From Camelus ferus (taxonomy: Eukaryota): a DNA stretch of 64,000 nt. The number at the start of each line of letters is the position of its first letter. The first letter of the stretch is position 1. A program made the position numbers and the translations under genes. The stretch spans positions 119,166,001 through 119,230,000 of the forward strand of contig NC_045696.1 of NCBI RefSeq assembly GCF_009834535.1, given 5' to 3'. This document shows, in pieces, positions 49,901 to 62,850 of the stretch. The notes below the pieces were generated by a model. The model had not been told where the DNA came from and did not search any database. It was given only the letters and a program-made list of their open reading frames with translations.

Positions 49901-50792
49901 GAGAGTGCAGCCAGACATCCTGTGACCGGAGCCCCCTTTGTCTCTCTGGGGCCTCTTCCCAGTCCTTGAACCCCAAAATGATGTTACCACTGGGGTGACA
50001 AGACTGTTACAGAGCACAAGGAAGTCAAAGGTGCTTTTGTAAAGAAAGCTGCTCCCGAGAGAGAAAGATTGGGATGTGGAGGAATACTGCGAGTAGACAC
50101 CAGAAGAAATAGACCCGAAGAGATGGGAAACTCTAAAAGAAAATACTGAAGTATATTCCTGGTAGAAATGAAGTTCGTTTTTGATGGAACTCTTTGTCGT
50201 TCAGTTGGCTTAGGAACTTTCTTTCAGTGACTTCCTACTTTGAACAAGAGATGCAGTTGCCACTCTGAGTTCTGAGACACTCCCCACGGGGCACTGGAAG
50301 AGTCTCTTCACGACGCCAGAAGACACCGATGGAGTTTTCCCTACGCCTCAGACACGGGGTCTCCGTGACTTCTTTCGAGTCTGGCGGTGCCAGGGAATGT
50401 GGGCATCACTCTGCATCACCCCTGAATAGTGAACCATCCTCACTGATTCAGGTCCTGCACATGTCACTTGTGATCAACAAGACATGAGCCTCCGCTGGCC
50501 TGCAGGTTTGCTCAGCCAATTAATAATGTAAGGCACGCGGCAGGGGCAGCGCTACCCCCAGGCGCCCACTCCTTCCAGCAGGTCAGATGCATCCTTGCCG
50601 ATTCCAAATTGCTCTTACCTCTTCATTAAAGCAGGTCCCTCGGGGCCCAGTCCTTGAAAGTATTTGTGTCAGCCTTGTTGACATTTCTGCCTGTCTGAGA
50701 GTACTCCTGACTGCATCCTTGACAAAGGATGACGGATTTTACTTTAAGAAACTGCTGGTGTCTTCTCATGGGTGTGAATTAGTGAGGATTCC

Positions 50793-51435
50793 TGTGTGTT
50801 GAGGATGTCTATTGCTGTGTCGCAAACCACCCCCAAACACAGGGGTTTACAGTAACGACAGTCATGTATTCAGTTCACAGATGGGCGGCATAGGCAGGAC
50901 TTGGCCAAGGCAGCTCATCTCTGCTCCCATGCGTCAGTGGGGAGGGAGTCCACTTTCAAGATGATGCTGTTGCACTGCTGGCAAGTCATTGCTGGTTACA
51001 TGCGTCTGCACAGACTGCTTGAGCATCCTCAAAACACATGGCTGGGGTGGGGAAGGTATACTCAACAGTAGAGCGCATGCTTAGCATTCATGAGGTCCTT
51101 GGTTCAATCCCCAGTGCCTCCAACCTCCATTAAAATAAAGATAAATGAAAAAACCTAACTACCTCCTCCACACCAAAAAAATTAAACAAACAAACAAACA
51201 AACAAACAAAAGCACATAGCTGGTTGTCACAAAAAACAAGGTGGGGGTTTAATGGAAATTTTATGACCAGGCTGCAGAAGTTACATAGTGTCCTTCCTTT
51301 TCTCTTTGCTTGTTGGTCAAGGGCCACACTGGTCCAAGGAGATGGAGATAGACTGCTCCTCTTGGCGGAGAAGTGGCAAGGTTCTAGCAGGTCCTGTGGG
51401 ATGATGGATATCGTTGGAAAACACAGCCTCCCACA
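50793..51435 (-). mobile_element. MaLR MLT1 (G/H-like) LTR, interrupted by a SINE
   Basis: ctattgctgtgtcgcaaaccacccccaaa..ggcagctcatctctgctccca..ccactttcaagatg; TG..CA ends. Confidence 0.75.
51046..51207 (+). mobile_element. Vic-1-like SINE, long form
   Basis: Head plus (AAAC)n tail; TSD aaaacacatggctgg/aaaagcacatagctgg. Confidence 0.9.
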
Positions 51436-52865
51436 GACATGAATTCAGAGATGCTATGTTCATTTGCAGTTCATTCTACTAGGAGAGAACTTTGAGACCA
51501 TTCAGGGCTAATATGGAATACAGAAATAATAAAAATGAAGGCAAGAAGTGGAAATGAGTTGAATATTGACTAGAAGGGGTTTTGGGGCATTGAAAATAAT
51601 CATTAAGTGTTAATCTCAACAGTTCTAAATGGAAAATCCCCGCCCTGCCCTGGCCGAAAAAAAAAAAAAAAAAAAACCCACCGTATTTGTTACTCAAAGA
51701 GATCACATATCTTTATGAGATCTGAAACTCTCAAATCATTTTCATCTTCTCGAAAAACCATCCCAGGGTTCTCCAGGGTATTTACAAAAAGAACAGTAAA
51801 ACATTCATTTCTTTAGCACATTGTAATGAAAACCATCCCCAAGTACTTAGTTTTAACTGCTCTGTTTACTATGGGGTTTCAAATGCCATTGGGTCTGTGT
51901 TATATTTTTGTTGGTCTGGAGTCATGGGGATAGAAAAGTTTTTGGTTTTTTTTTTTTAAACCAAGGGTTAAAACTAGGACAGCATCCGTCCAACCACACC
52001 ATCTCCACATTTTGTAAAAGTGCCTTTCGCTTGTGCTTTGGAAGCCTATGTAAATCAGGGAGCGAAGGGGGAAAAAAGTCACACATCCTGGATGTTAAAG
52101 GAACGTGGTGTGAAGGGGAACATCTGCTCTCGGTTAAACTTTAAACTCAGGTTCTTTCGCCTCCATCACTGAGGCGTGCTGAGGTGCTGAGATTTGAGTT
52201 CCACAAAGACTCTCAAACTGATTTTCCAGAACATTCCCAGGAGTCTTAATGAGCCCTCAAGGTTCTGTGCCCCAAGCTTGTAATTCCAGGGTCACTGGTG
52301 TTTCCGAAGATAAAATTAGGGTTGTCAGACCTCAGCAGTTTCAAGATTCTAGATTCTGGCTAATTCTTTTTCCGTTTTCTTTTATTTTTTCCCCCTTCCC
52401 TTCCCTTCCCTTTTCAAAATGCACTGTCTTGTCTTAGGCAGAGGCTTCTGAAAGAAGGCCCAGTGGAATGCCCAGTCATGAGGCCTTTTTTTACCTTGAT
52501 GAGAAGTGCTGATAGGAGCAAGTTGTTGGTCTGTGCGTATTTGCCTTCTCCTGAGGGGAAGATGACCTGGTTTGCTAAGGTGAACTGGAAACTCAGGGGC
52601 CGCAAGTAACTTTAATACTGCTTTCTGGAGATATATCCCCACCCCTGCCCCCACCACCAGCTGCAGCCCTTTAATTTCTCCAGGCCTCAGTTTTCTTCAC
52701 TGTTACAATGATACACGGAGCAAACGATGTCCACATTTTCACAATCTCAAATGAATGTATTTGTAAAACATAATTGGCCCCAGATGGATAATTTCCGAAA
52801 TTGTAGACTCATAGACGTTTCCACTTAGAAGCAACCTCAGATTCTGCAGATTTAATCTCTTGCCT

Positions 52866-53200
52866 GTTCATTCCTTTCATAAACATTTATTGAGTATTTA
52901 CTGGGGACCAAGACCTGTTCCAGATGCTGGGCCAAAATAGACAAGGCTCCTGCTCTCACGGAGCTCTCGTTCAACTGGGAAAGACAGACAATATGTTAAT
53001 TTAAAATGTGGAAATAAGTGACACGATGTGGATTAAACAAAGAGGTATGCTGGAGAGTGACCAATTTTTAGACTGGGATTTCAAGGAAGGCCGTCCTGGG
53101 AAGAGGAGACCCTGGTGACAAGGAGGAAGCAGTCAGGGGGAGGTGGAGGGGAACAGCATCCCAGACAGGGAGCCCCAAGTGCTGGGGCCCCGATGGAAAT
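52866..53200 (-). mobile_element. L2 3' end
   Basis: ttcattc..aaacatttattgagtatttact..agacaaggctcctgctctcacggagct. Confidence 0.78.
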
Positions 53201-53558
53201 GAACTGTGCATGTAAAATAACGAAGGTGGAGGAAGCGGCAGCCTGGGGCGGTCCCCGGGGGTGAGGACGGGAGCGCCAGCTAGAGGTGGACAGAGGGACT
53301 GCAGGGCAGCCGAGCGTCCACTGGTTGGTTGTCTGGATGGAAGACCTTGAGCCTTCTTGTTGTGACCTTGAGTGGATCAGAGGAATTTACCCTTGTGGGA
53401 GGGGTCCACTAGAGAAAGACGAGGATGTAAGAGCAGGAAGGTGGTAAAAGAAGCGAGTCACATGCTGGGCAGGGAAGGGTGAGAGTGAGCTGTCATCTGT
53501 GTGTTTTGTATTTTTTCAAGGCCGCTTTCTGGGTCCTCTCTGCTGGTTGTATGTGACT

Positions 53559-53690
53559 CGGTGACCCCATGTCTCAGTTTGCTTGGACAGTTCTAGCTTA
53601 TTCCTGTTGTTACAGCATAATTGTTAATAGTTTCACCTTTTACTTTCAAAAGTGTCAAACTGTTCAAAAGTTTGGACGATAGGTTACCGG
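53559..53690. mobile_element. MER94-like hAT-Blackjack MITE
   Basis: ggtgacc..tgtctcagtttgcttggacagt..cctgttgt..taattgttaatag..tcaaaagtgtc..gtttggacgata. Confidence 0.72.
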
Positions 53691-54084
53691 TTGTTTAATG
53701 CATCAGAGCCTCGTGGTCTTGCCCTTTAGTCCCAGGTGGCTGTCTCTACTTTTATCTCCCATCTACCTCTCCATCCTTTCCCGTGGCAAGGGTGAGCTCT
53801 TCTGACCTCTCCCACGAGCCCTGTGGTGCCTCCCAGGCCCCCAACCACTCTCTCTGCCTCCTAACTGCTTGCTTCAGTTACTCTCCCCCCCCAATACCAC
53901 ATCCTGTGGAAAGATTACATTTTCCTTGGGAAAAGCCTGAATATATCACTGCTGCCAGAAACCATCATGGCATGTCATTGCCTGCAGAATAAAAGTCCAG
54001 ACTGGAGATTTCAACATTCTTTAAGACTCACCCCTAGTGTTTCACAGTATAACTTAGAATATAGGACATACTACAGAGAATGCA

Positions 54085-54330
54085 CGCTGAGCAGTGTAAT
54101 AGGTAGGAATATGGACTCTGGAACCAGACTGCTGAGGTTTAAATCCTACCTACCATTTGCTGGCTGTGTGCCCTGGGGCAGGCTGTGCAACCTCTCTGGG
54201 TTTCAGTTTTCTGATCTGTAACTTGGGGATAAAAGAGAACACCTACTGTTATCATTACATAAGGATGAAATGAGTTAATCCATGTGAAGCTCTTAGACAG
54301 AGTTTGGCACATGGTGAACTCAGTAAGCAG
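54085..54330 (+). mobile_element. MIR SINE, near full length
   Basis: ggactctggaaccagactgc..ctgtgtgccctggggcagg..aacctctctgggtttcagtttt..aaatgagttaat..tggcacatggt. Confidence 0.88.
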
Positions 54331-55229
54331 AAGCTACTGTTTTGATGGATTTTGGATGTAGAATATTTGTCCTTCTCTGCGTAACTTAGGACACCATCTT
54401 ACCTCTTTGCCTTTGCTAGTCTTGTTTGTGCAGGGTGCTTTCCCCCAAACCACGTCTGTGTGCAGATTCCACCTGTGGGTTAGGTTTTTTTTTTTGCCAG
54501 TGTGGTTTTCAGCTGCTATGAAACCAGCCAACCTGTGAAATCTGGTGCCCATCCTTTGACTTACCCATGGGTCTCTGACAAAAGTTTAATGCCTTTAAGG
54601 CTTTGCTCACATAAAGTTTTGAGACTTGATTTCTCCATTGCCTTTGTGGGTGTGCACAGGCGTTAGTGGAAGCCGGGGGCGGGGGGGGGGGGCGCAGCCT
54701 TGCAGCCTTGGTGGGAGATACAGGTCCTGCTGCTGGTTCTTGTCCCTCAGTGCTCCTGCCTGGATGATGCCAAGGTCTTTGCTTTTGCTCCAGGATCCTG
54801 CTCTGAGCACATCCATGCTAAGTTCTGCCAATGGGCAGATGTTGAGAGAGACAGGGCATTTGCAGGATCCATGCAGATCTGCCAGAAGTGACATCCCGTC
54901 TATCTGCCCCAGCCCGTCCTGCCCCTCCTGATCCGGTGCATCTGCTGTGGCAGACTGCTCGGTGAAGGGCAGTGGGTGGGGCTGGACCTTGACTCCAGAA
55001 AGGATGCTTCAGAAACAGTCTTAAGGTATACCTCAGTAAAGCTGAGAAAAGGGATCTTGAGCAGACCTGATGGAGGTAAGAGCTAAGAGGAGGTGTGCAG
55101 TGAAGCTCCCATCCCTCAAAGGTCTTCAGCTAGTTCCCAACGCCCCGTGAAAACCAGCCCACCAGAAGATCCCAACCTGATGTCAAAAATCTAAATCAAG
55201 GATGAAAAAGGGAAGTGAACAAGGAAAGG

Positions 55230-55620
55230 CAAAGCCACCCTAACGCTGACCAGAGCTGATTGGCCCAGAAGCAGACACCTGACCTCAGCTGAGCCAATCA
55301 GAGCCCTTCCCTGAGATCTGTCACTTGTGTGTAGCCCGGAGTTTTAGACATTCTTTCTCCGGTGGCTAAGCTATGAGCAGAAAGACTCAGAAACTGGCAA
55401 TGGCCATATTTTCTCCCACATGGAGAAAACTAGTACTAGATGAGAAGAAAGAGGCTGAAAAATAGAGTAAGGAGAAAACTTGGAGCAAGTTTCCTGGCAG
55501 TGCTGGAGGTGCTGGTTGCAGGTGTTCCTGAGGTCCTGCTCTGGCCCTTCCCGCTGGCCGCTTGCTCTCTGAGACACCATCGGGTTGTTCTTCACAGACA
55601 GGCCTTTCCTTGTCCACCTC
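55230..55620 (+). mobile_element. ERVL LTR16-like fragment
   Basis: tgattggccca..cacctgacctcagctgagccaatcagagcccttccctgagat; gttcctgaggtcc..gcccttcccgc. Confidence 0.55.
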
Positions 55621-56159
55621 CCTTCTGTGTCTTTGATTGAGACTTCTGACATCCAGTTGGGATCTGCTGGTGGGCATTAGAAACTAGCTGAAGATCTTGG
55701 AGGGACGGGAGCTTCACAGCACACCCACTCTTGGTTCTACTTATTTCTCAAGAACTCCATTTTCAGTGAAGAGTGAAGTTACAGGCACAATCTAAGTAGA
55801 AGAACCGAGACCATGAACACAGATAAGGCCGGCCGAGAAAACTCCTGTTGTCAGAAATGCCTGCCCCAAACAGAGCCACCAGAGGATGGAGTTGTTTTCT
55901 TCTCCTTCCCCGACCCTCTACTCCATCTCTTCCTTTTGTTTTTAAGGGAGTTTGCAGTTTTCCAAGTTCTTTCATCGTTTCCCACCAAACCACTCCTAAT
56001 AGCAGGAGAGAATAAAAGAGGACCTCTTGCCCCCAACCGCAGCCCTGCCGGAGGCTTCAGGGCAAGCAGTGTTCCCTCAAGCTGAGTGTAGGCAGTTTGA
56101 GAAGGATGGAGCACGTGGACTCTTGAGGGTCTCTGGGTTGCCCCTTGAGTTAGACCAAT

Positions 56160-56262
56160 GCGTACTAAATCCAAGAGGTCAGGGATGGCCTGTTTGCTTC
56201 CCCATCACCTGGTGCCCAGCACATTGTAGGTATTGAGTAAGTACTTAGGGAAGGAATGAATG
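56160..56262 (+). mobile_element. L2 3' end
   Basis: gtgcccagcacattgtaggtattgagtaagtactt..gaatgaatg. Confidence 0.7.
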
Positions 56263-56264
56263 GA

Positions 56265-56380
56265 TATCATTATCCCCATTTATATTTATCTGAGACTCAG
56301 ATAAATCAACTGAGTTGACCAGTAACATAACTAGTGAGTGGCAGGGCTGGGTCCCAAGCTTTAGGCCTCAGATTCCTCGT
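56265..56380 (-). mobile_element. MIR fragment
   Basis: attatccccattt..ctgagactcaga..actagtgagtggcagggctggg. Confidence 0.7.
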
Positions 56381-56969
56381 CAAGGGCTGATTCTAAGAGC
56401 TCTCAGTCATTAAAAGAGAAAACCATGATGCCAGGAAGTCTGCGTGATCCCTCCTTGTGGTCTCGGGAGCTAGACACCCGGCAGTGCTTGGTAACACTTT
56501 CAGTTCCTGAAGCTCAGTGTTAATACGTCAGAACTAAAGGCAGCTCAGACTGGAGCTAAAAACCCGTGCTGTTTTTGAACCTCCTTTTTCAGAAAGCTGT
56601 ACCAGAGTCGAGGTGGCAGAGGATGAGAAGGGTTGCGGGGTTGTGTGTGTGTGATAAATTATTCATCGTGAAGACTCACGTGTAACCGTGCCACACAGAA
56701 GAGCACTTCGGTGCCTGTTCTTGCTACACAGCACGTGCCTCTGTTTGTAGATTCCCTTTGTATGTTGTGGGTCCTCCCCAAAGTCTTTAAAATGGCAGCT
56801 GTCGTGGTGGCTCATGAGTTGTGAGGGAGGGTCAGAGTTGACGGTGGTTTTGGTTTAGGGTCCATTTGGGATGCGTGTATGTGAGTCTTAGCTTTTACCC
56901 TGTATTATATGCCTCTCCAGTTGTCGAAAGCTCTGTTTCTTTTGCTCGGTTTTATCTGGCTTATTATGC

Positions 56970-57159
56970 TAGCACTGTCCAGGAGAGCTTCCTGGGGTGA
57001 TGCTTGCGCGGTCTGGTGCCGGCGTCACCAGCCACAGTAGCTGTTGAACACTTGAAATGTGGCTGGTGTGACTGAGGAATTGACTTTTTCATTTTATTTT
57101 ATTTGAATTAGTGGAAATAGTCACCCTTGGCTGGCGGCTACCATATTGGATAGCACAGC
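56970..57159. mobile_element. MER3 hAT MITE
   Basis: Inverted ends gcactgtcca..tggatagcacag; gaacacttgaaatgtggctggtgtgactgaggaattga. Confidence 0.8.
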
Positions 57160-57781
57160 TCTGTGTTTTCAAGAAGTCCGTAGATGTCTGAGTCCCAGCA
57201 TTAAATTAGTGCATTAGTTATAGGGATTCCAATTAGTTCATCCTAAAGTTAGAAACTGCCTATAACGTAACAGAAATTAAGTCTACCCATTACAGATTTA
57301 ATGCCTTCAACTTAAAACATGGCGGGGACATTTCTGCCACCTGGGCAACAGTGGCAGCTGTCAGCCTTCTTGCTACGCTTCAACCTCTCCCCTGGGACCT
57401 TGAGTCAACACGAGGCTGAGTCCGAGTGGCCTTGCTCATGTTTGGGGCACATTTCTCTCCCTGCCTGTTGGGAACGCTTAGCCATCTCTCCATTTCACAT
57501 CCGGTCCAGTTTAAATTTGGAGACCTCCGTCAGCCTGCCCCCTGCCCTGAGCTGTCTTTCCCTTACTCTCTTTACCTGCTTTCTTCCTGTGTGAGAGCTC
57601 TCCAGAGCCACAGCCAAGACGATTGTCCAGCTATCTGTCTGTGTATGTGTATATCTGCATATCGAGAGATTAGGATTTGGGTTGATTTATTTTAAGAAAT
57701 TGGCTCATGTGATTGTGGGAGCTGGCCAGTCCAAAATCTGCAGGACCATTTGGCAGGTTAGAGGCTAGAGGTTGCAATCTT

Positions 57782-57920
57782 TTTTTATTATTATTTATTT
57801 TATTAATTTGCGGGGGGATGTAATTAGGTTTATTCATCTGTTTATTTAATGGAGGTACTGGGGCTTGAACCCAGGACCTCATGCATACTAGGCATCTACC
57901 ACTGAGCTATACCCTCCCCC
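57782..57920 (-). mobile_element. Vic-1-like SINE, long form
   Basis: TSD gttgcaatctt (57771-57781, 57925-57935). Confidence 0.92.
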
Positions 57921-58087
57921 TGCTGTTGCAATCTTGAGTCTGAAGATTGAAAACTCAGGCAGATTGTCTGTGTTGTTGTCTGGAAGCAGAATTCCTTCTT
58001 CTTTGGAAAACCTCACTCTTTAGTGGGTGGCAAGGCCCACCTACATCATAAAGGATAATCTGCTTTGCTTAAAGTTAATGAATTGTA

Positions 58088-58247
58088 GGGGGAGGGTATC
58101 GCTCAGGTGGTAGAATGCATGCTTCGCGTGCACGAGGTCCTGGGTTCAGTCCCCAGCACCTCCTCTAAAAATAAATAAAACCTAATTACTCCCTCCTACC
58201 AAAATAAAATAATTAAATAATACAATGCTAAATATTTTTTAAAAATG
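58088..58247 (+). mobile_element. Vic-1-like SINE, long form
   Basis: TSD aagttaatgaattgtag/aagtcaatggattgtag. Confidence 0.92.
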
Positions 58248-60719
58248 AAGTCAATGGATTGTAGATGTTAATCACATCTAAAACTACCTTTGCAGCTCTT
58301 TACAGCAGTATCTAGACTGGTGTTGACAACTAGTCACCGTAGTTTAGCCAGGTTGACACAAAATTAACTGTGACACCTTCTTCATTAGACTCAGACAAAG
58401 TGGCCCTAGACTGTCTCTGACCCCTCACCTGGGCCACCTGATATGGCCCGTGGGTACGCCAATTTCTATTCACCTGTCAGCTGGAGCCTTCTCTGCTCCT
58501 TTCCCTGTATGACAGATAGCCTTCATTTTTCCCAAGTCCAGCCCATGTCCCATTTCTCCCTAACTGGTTTTCCCCTAATTGATGTTTCTTCTCTGAAACA
58601 CCGAGACGTGTACAAGACAGGACACAGGACATATTTGCATTCATCATTAGCAGCGTGAAATTCATTTTGAAAGGATAGTTACAGACAGGATGTCCTAGAT
58701 TTTCTGGGACTATCCCAGTGTCATGTTGTTAATTTTTAATAAAAATGATTCTTGAAATACATAACCAAAGAGGATATCATTTTTCCATTGAGACTTTTTT
58801 ATTGAAGTCAGCTATTTAAAAAAGTAAAAAAGAAATCTTTTTCACATCATGATCCCTGGTTGGAGGTTGGGAAAACATAGTTAACTGTCCGATTTGTTCT
58901 CACTCATTATAAGAGCAGTCAAGTGAAGTCTGGGGTCAGTCGAAAATGATCTTATTTAATTTTTGGTGCCCAAACCAGCAGTTACTACTCTTTTAAGTGT
59001 TGGGAGTGGGGTGGTTCTTAAATGCAGCATAAATGAAAAAGACATGGATGAGGGGGTATTTCAGTTTAATCTAGTATCCGACTGGGCGTCGGGGCACAGG
59101 TTGGATTGTATGCTATGGAACTGTGGTGTCTTGAAGGAGCGCCAGTTTTCATTAAGATGTGCAGAGTCAGATCAGGGCTTTGCTGTGATCTAACTGCAGT
59201 TGTGAGAGCAATGCTGTGGGCATGTGAGTGACAGTCTGTGGGCAGTGCCTTAACCAAGGTGGCCTGGGCATTCAGGATGTGATCTTCCATGTGGATTTGA
59301 TTCTGTGCTCCTGAGGACCTGGTGTAGCTTGAAGGAAGGGTGGTGTCCAGCAGCAGACGATGAGCCCTGAAAGTCAAGTGATCTTAGGCATCTGGAATGG
59401 GAGAGAGGTCAATTTGGCCTGATGTGGAGAGTGGAGACACAGGGTTACAGCAAGCGGAGAGCTCGGGGAGACTCCGTGGCTCCGGCTGAAGGGAGAGGGT
59501 CCACCATAGACACATCAGCTGTAATCACTGGCCATGCAGGTCTGAACCCCAGAGGGAAGTCAGGGCTAGGGAATCTAAGCTTGGGAATAATTAACATCTG
59601 ACTGGTGGCTAAATCCAGGTGAGTAGAGGTTACCAAGGGGAGTGTAGGGTGAGGAGAGCCGGTGGCCAGCAGTGAGCCCTGATGAGCACTGTCCAGGGCC
59701 CGCCTTTATCATGAGCGTGAGGCTTGCTTAAGGAAGGTTGTGAATCAGCGAATGAATCAATGCTTGAAGAGGAAACAAACAAAGTTCAGTTTGACAAACA
59801 TAGTCAAGGGACGTTACGAAAAAGAGAAAAGAAAGTTCCCTGCCAGGACGAGGCAGAAAACCAGAAGTCCCAAGGCCCCAAGAGTCCAACCAAATATTGA
59901 TCTTTATGAAATCTAAATGCAGGTCTTCTGGTTAAAAAAAGACTCCTCCCCCTTTCTGGTAAACAGTGTGGCAGCCTGTTCCCAAGCCTTTGAAAGCTAA
60001 TAGCCCTTGACCCACTCATTCCACTTCCAGGAATCCCCCCCGAGAAAAGTAAACAGCCCAGCCTCATTTCTGGGCACTCCTGGCTTCCCATGTCAAGTTC
60101 CAGAAATGTTTCTAGAAATTTCTTCAATACTCAGGCTCTTCCACACCCCCAAGCCTTTGCCCATGATGACTGTTCCGTCTCTTTTCTTTCACCCTCCTGG
60201 TGAACTCCTCTTCATCCTTCAAAGCCTCCTGCAGATTTAGTCCCCGCATAGGTTTTATTTAGTGTTGTGTTTTGGGGAGCGGGGGGGATTTGAATTTGGA
60301 AGTTATAGGTGAGGCATGTGTACCCCAGTGCTGCCACGCCTCGCCTCTTCCGATTGTAAGACACCATCTCGTTTGTCACCTCCCACATCTTCCATGAGGA
60401 ACTTTCCTCAGCGTCCCCTTCAGGTGGAAATAATCGCTTCCATCACCATCATTTCTATACCTTTCTATCTGTTACTGCGTTTATCACCCTTCATGAGACA
60501 TTGCAGGAATATTAACTTTTTTCCGTTATAAAAGCAAGAGACATGCTTATTAGATACATTTTGAAAAATTACATGCTCATGGAAATACTGTCTCGGTGTC
60601 ATAATACTGTGTGTAAAAAGTTTGGAATCTTGATTTTTTTTTTTGTATAACATGATAATATAAGCATTATTGTGCCATGTTAGTGTAATGATTTTAAGTC
60701 TATTTACAGTAATCGGCTG

Positions 60720-61030
60720 ACTCTTTTGAGAGTTAGGACTCCTATTTCGTATCCCCAGCACCTAGGTGTGATGTTGGTCTGGGCCAGTGTAGGGACTTAA
60801 TAAATGTTTGTTGAATTCTACAGTTGAAAAATGAATTGATCTCCATCCTTACCTGCTAGGAACTCTTTCTGGGAGAGGGGACATGTGTACCCTCTCATTA
60901 TTTTATGCATTCATTCAGTCATTCGTTCCACAGATCTTTACTGAGCACATGCTTTATGTGGGACGTCATTCTAGCACTGGGGACCCAGCAATGCACAGAA
61001 CCCCTGCCCTCGTGGAAAGCATCTTCTAGA
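60720..61030. mobile_element. Two L2 3' ends in opposite orientation (+ 60720-60816; - 60907-61030)
   Basis: gtatccccagcacctag..aataaatgtttgttgaat; attcattcagtcattc..tttactgagcac..ctagcactgggga. Confidence 0.7.
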
Positions 61031-61216
61031 GCCGTGATTCCCAAACTTTACAGTACACTCGAGTTACCTGGAGGGCTTGCTCAAACACAGATCGCTGGGC
61101 TCTGCCCCCAGAGTTCCCGATTCAGTTTCCCATTCAGAGGGGCTTGAGAATTTGCATTTCTAGCAAGTCCCCAGGCTGAGGCTGCTGATATGAGCACCCG
61201 TGTTGAGAAACCCTGA
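61030..61216 (-). mobile_element. MER5A hAT MITE
   Basis: acctggagggcttgctcaaacacagatcgctgggc..ccccagagtt..gagaatttgcatttctagcaagt..ttgagaaaccctg. Confidence 0.85.
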
Positions 61217-61544
61217 CATAGAGGATAAGTTTGTAGTCTAGCAGGGCAAAGGAATGTGGTCGTCCAGTTTGTTGTGGGAGGACACAGGTCTGGTTTATGT
61301 CAAAGCCTCTCTGATTCTTCAGGCCCCCGTGAGGAGGGGGGGTTCTGGGGTGCTACCCCCAGTGCAGGGTCCTCGACTCTTCACTTTGGATGAGCCCCAG
61401 CAGTCTCTGCAGAGTCACTGAAGTCCAGGACCGATGAGGAGGCAGGTGGAGCAGTAATGATGGCCACGGTTGCTTCTCTGTGCCTGTCCCACGACACCCT
61501 CGCCATGTGTAACGTCTCGTCTCCAGAGCAGCTGCAGGGGAGGT

Positions 61545-61660
61545 GTGATTTCCCCCCATTTAATAGATGAGAAAACTGAGGCCAGAAAGCTCAGGTCCCA
61601 TACCCCAGTTCCCTAAGCCAGCGAGTCAGACATCTGGGGCTTCAAATGCCGCCTTTCTGC
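61545..61660 (-). mobile_element. MIR fragment
   Basis: cccatttaatagatgagaaaactgaggccaga. Confidence 0.7.
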
Positions 61661-62315
61661 ATCCAAACGCCGTGACTCAAATTGAGACCGACCTGTGGTT
61701 GAGCCCTCAGTGGTGCCGACTGGCAGAAATTCTTCAGCATCCCTCGGGGCTTCCTCTGCAGGGAGACGCTGGTAGCAGGGCTGGGCCTCAGCCTACGTGC
61801 TTCTCCGGTGTAGCAGCAGATGGAGACTCTCAGACTGGAGGTTCATGAGGGACAAAGCCACACTGGGGTGGGGGGGCCTCTTGAGAGCTATAATAGCAGG
61901 TGCCGTTTGTGGGGAAAGAGCTGAGTGTCCTGCCTGGACGAGCTCCATCTGGAAGTGATCCGTATTATTTTCTCAAAGGTAAAAGTTCGTGGAAGTTTAG
62001 TTTTAATTTATTTTACCTGCTAGTTCAGGGCGTTGAAAATGCACATAACGTGTTCAAAACGACAGGAAAAGCCGGTCCTCCCAAACCCTTGTGAAGAACC
62101 ATATGCCAGCAGCATCGTTTCACAAACAGTTAAGACTAGAAAAAAGCCATCTCGCCGCTGCAGTGGGAACTTGGGGAGGGGCCACTCAGGTGGTCCAGGG
62201 CCCAGGCTCTGACACAGTCTGGAATGCCGCCGTCTGTTGTGGTTGTCCACGTCTGTCAGATTACCTGGATTATTTCATCGTAGCTCCGCAGAGCAGGGCC
62301 TTCAAAGGTCTGTGC

Positions 62316-62850
62316 TCTACTCTGACATTCACAGCAGCACTATTTACAGTAACCAAGCCATGCAAGCCACCTAAATGTCCACCATCAGAGGACTGGATAA
62401 AGAAGCTGTGGTATATTTCTACAATGGAATACTACTCAGCCATAAAAAATGAATTGATACCATTTGCAGCAACATGGATGGACCTAGAGATTATCATACT
62501 AAGTTAAGTGAAGTAAGTTAGGAAAAGACAAATATCACATGATACCACTTATATGTGGACTCTTAAAAAAAAGATACAAGTGAACTTATTTACAAAATAG
62601 ACTCATAGGCATAGAAAACAAGTTTATGTTTTCAAAGGGGAAAGGGTAGGGGGAGGAATAAATCAGGTGTATGGGATTAATATACACACACCACTAAACA
62701 TAAAATAAACAACAAGGAATTACTGTACAGCACAGGGAACTATATTTGCTATCTTGTAATAACCTGTCATGGAAAAGAATCGGAAGCTGTACACCTGACA
62801 CTAACACAATATTGTAAACCACCTAGAGTTTAATAAGTAAAATTTTTAAA
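62316..62850 (+). mobile_element. 5'-truncated L1 (ORF2 end plus 3' UTR)
   Basis: FTAALFTV..PKCP..DWIKKLWYISTMEYYSAIKNELIPFAATWMDLEIIILS. Confidence 0.93.

Larger units (their letters stand above)
57588..58375 (-). mobile_element. ERVL MLT2B-like LTR carrying two SINE insertions
   Basis: gatttattttaagaaattggctcatgtgattgtggga..tccaaaatctgcagg..gatgttaatcacatcta..gccaggttgacacaaaattaact. Confidence 0.82.
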
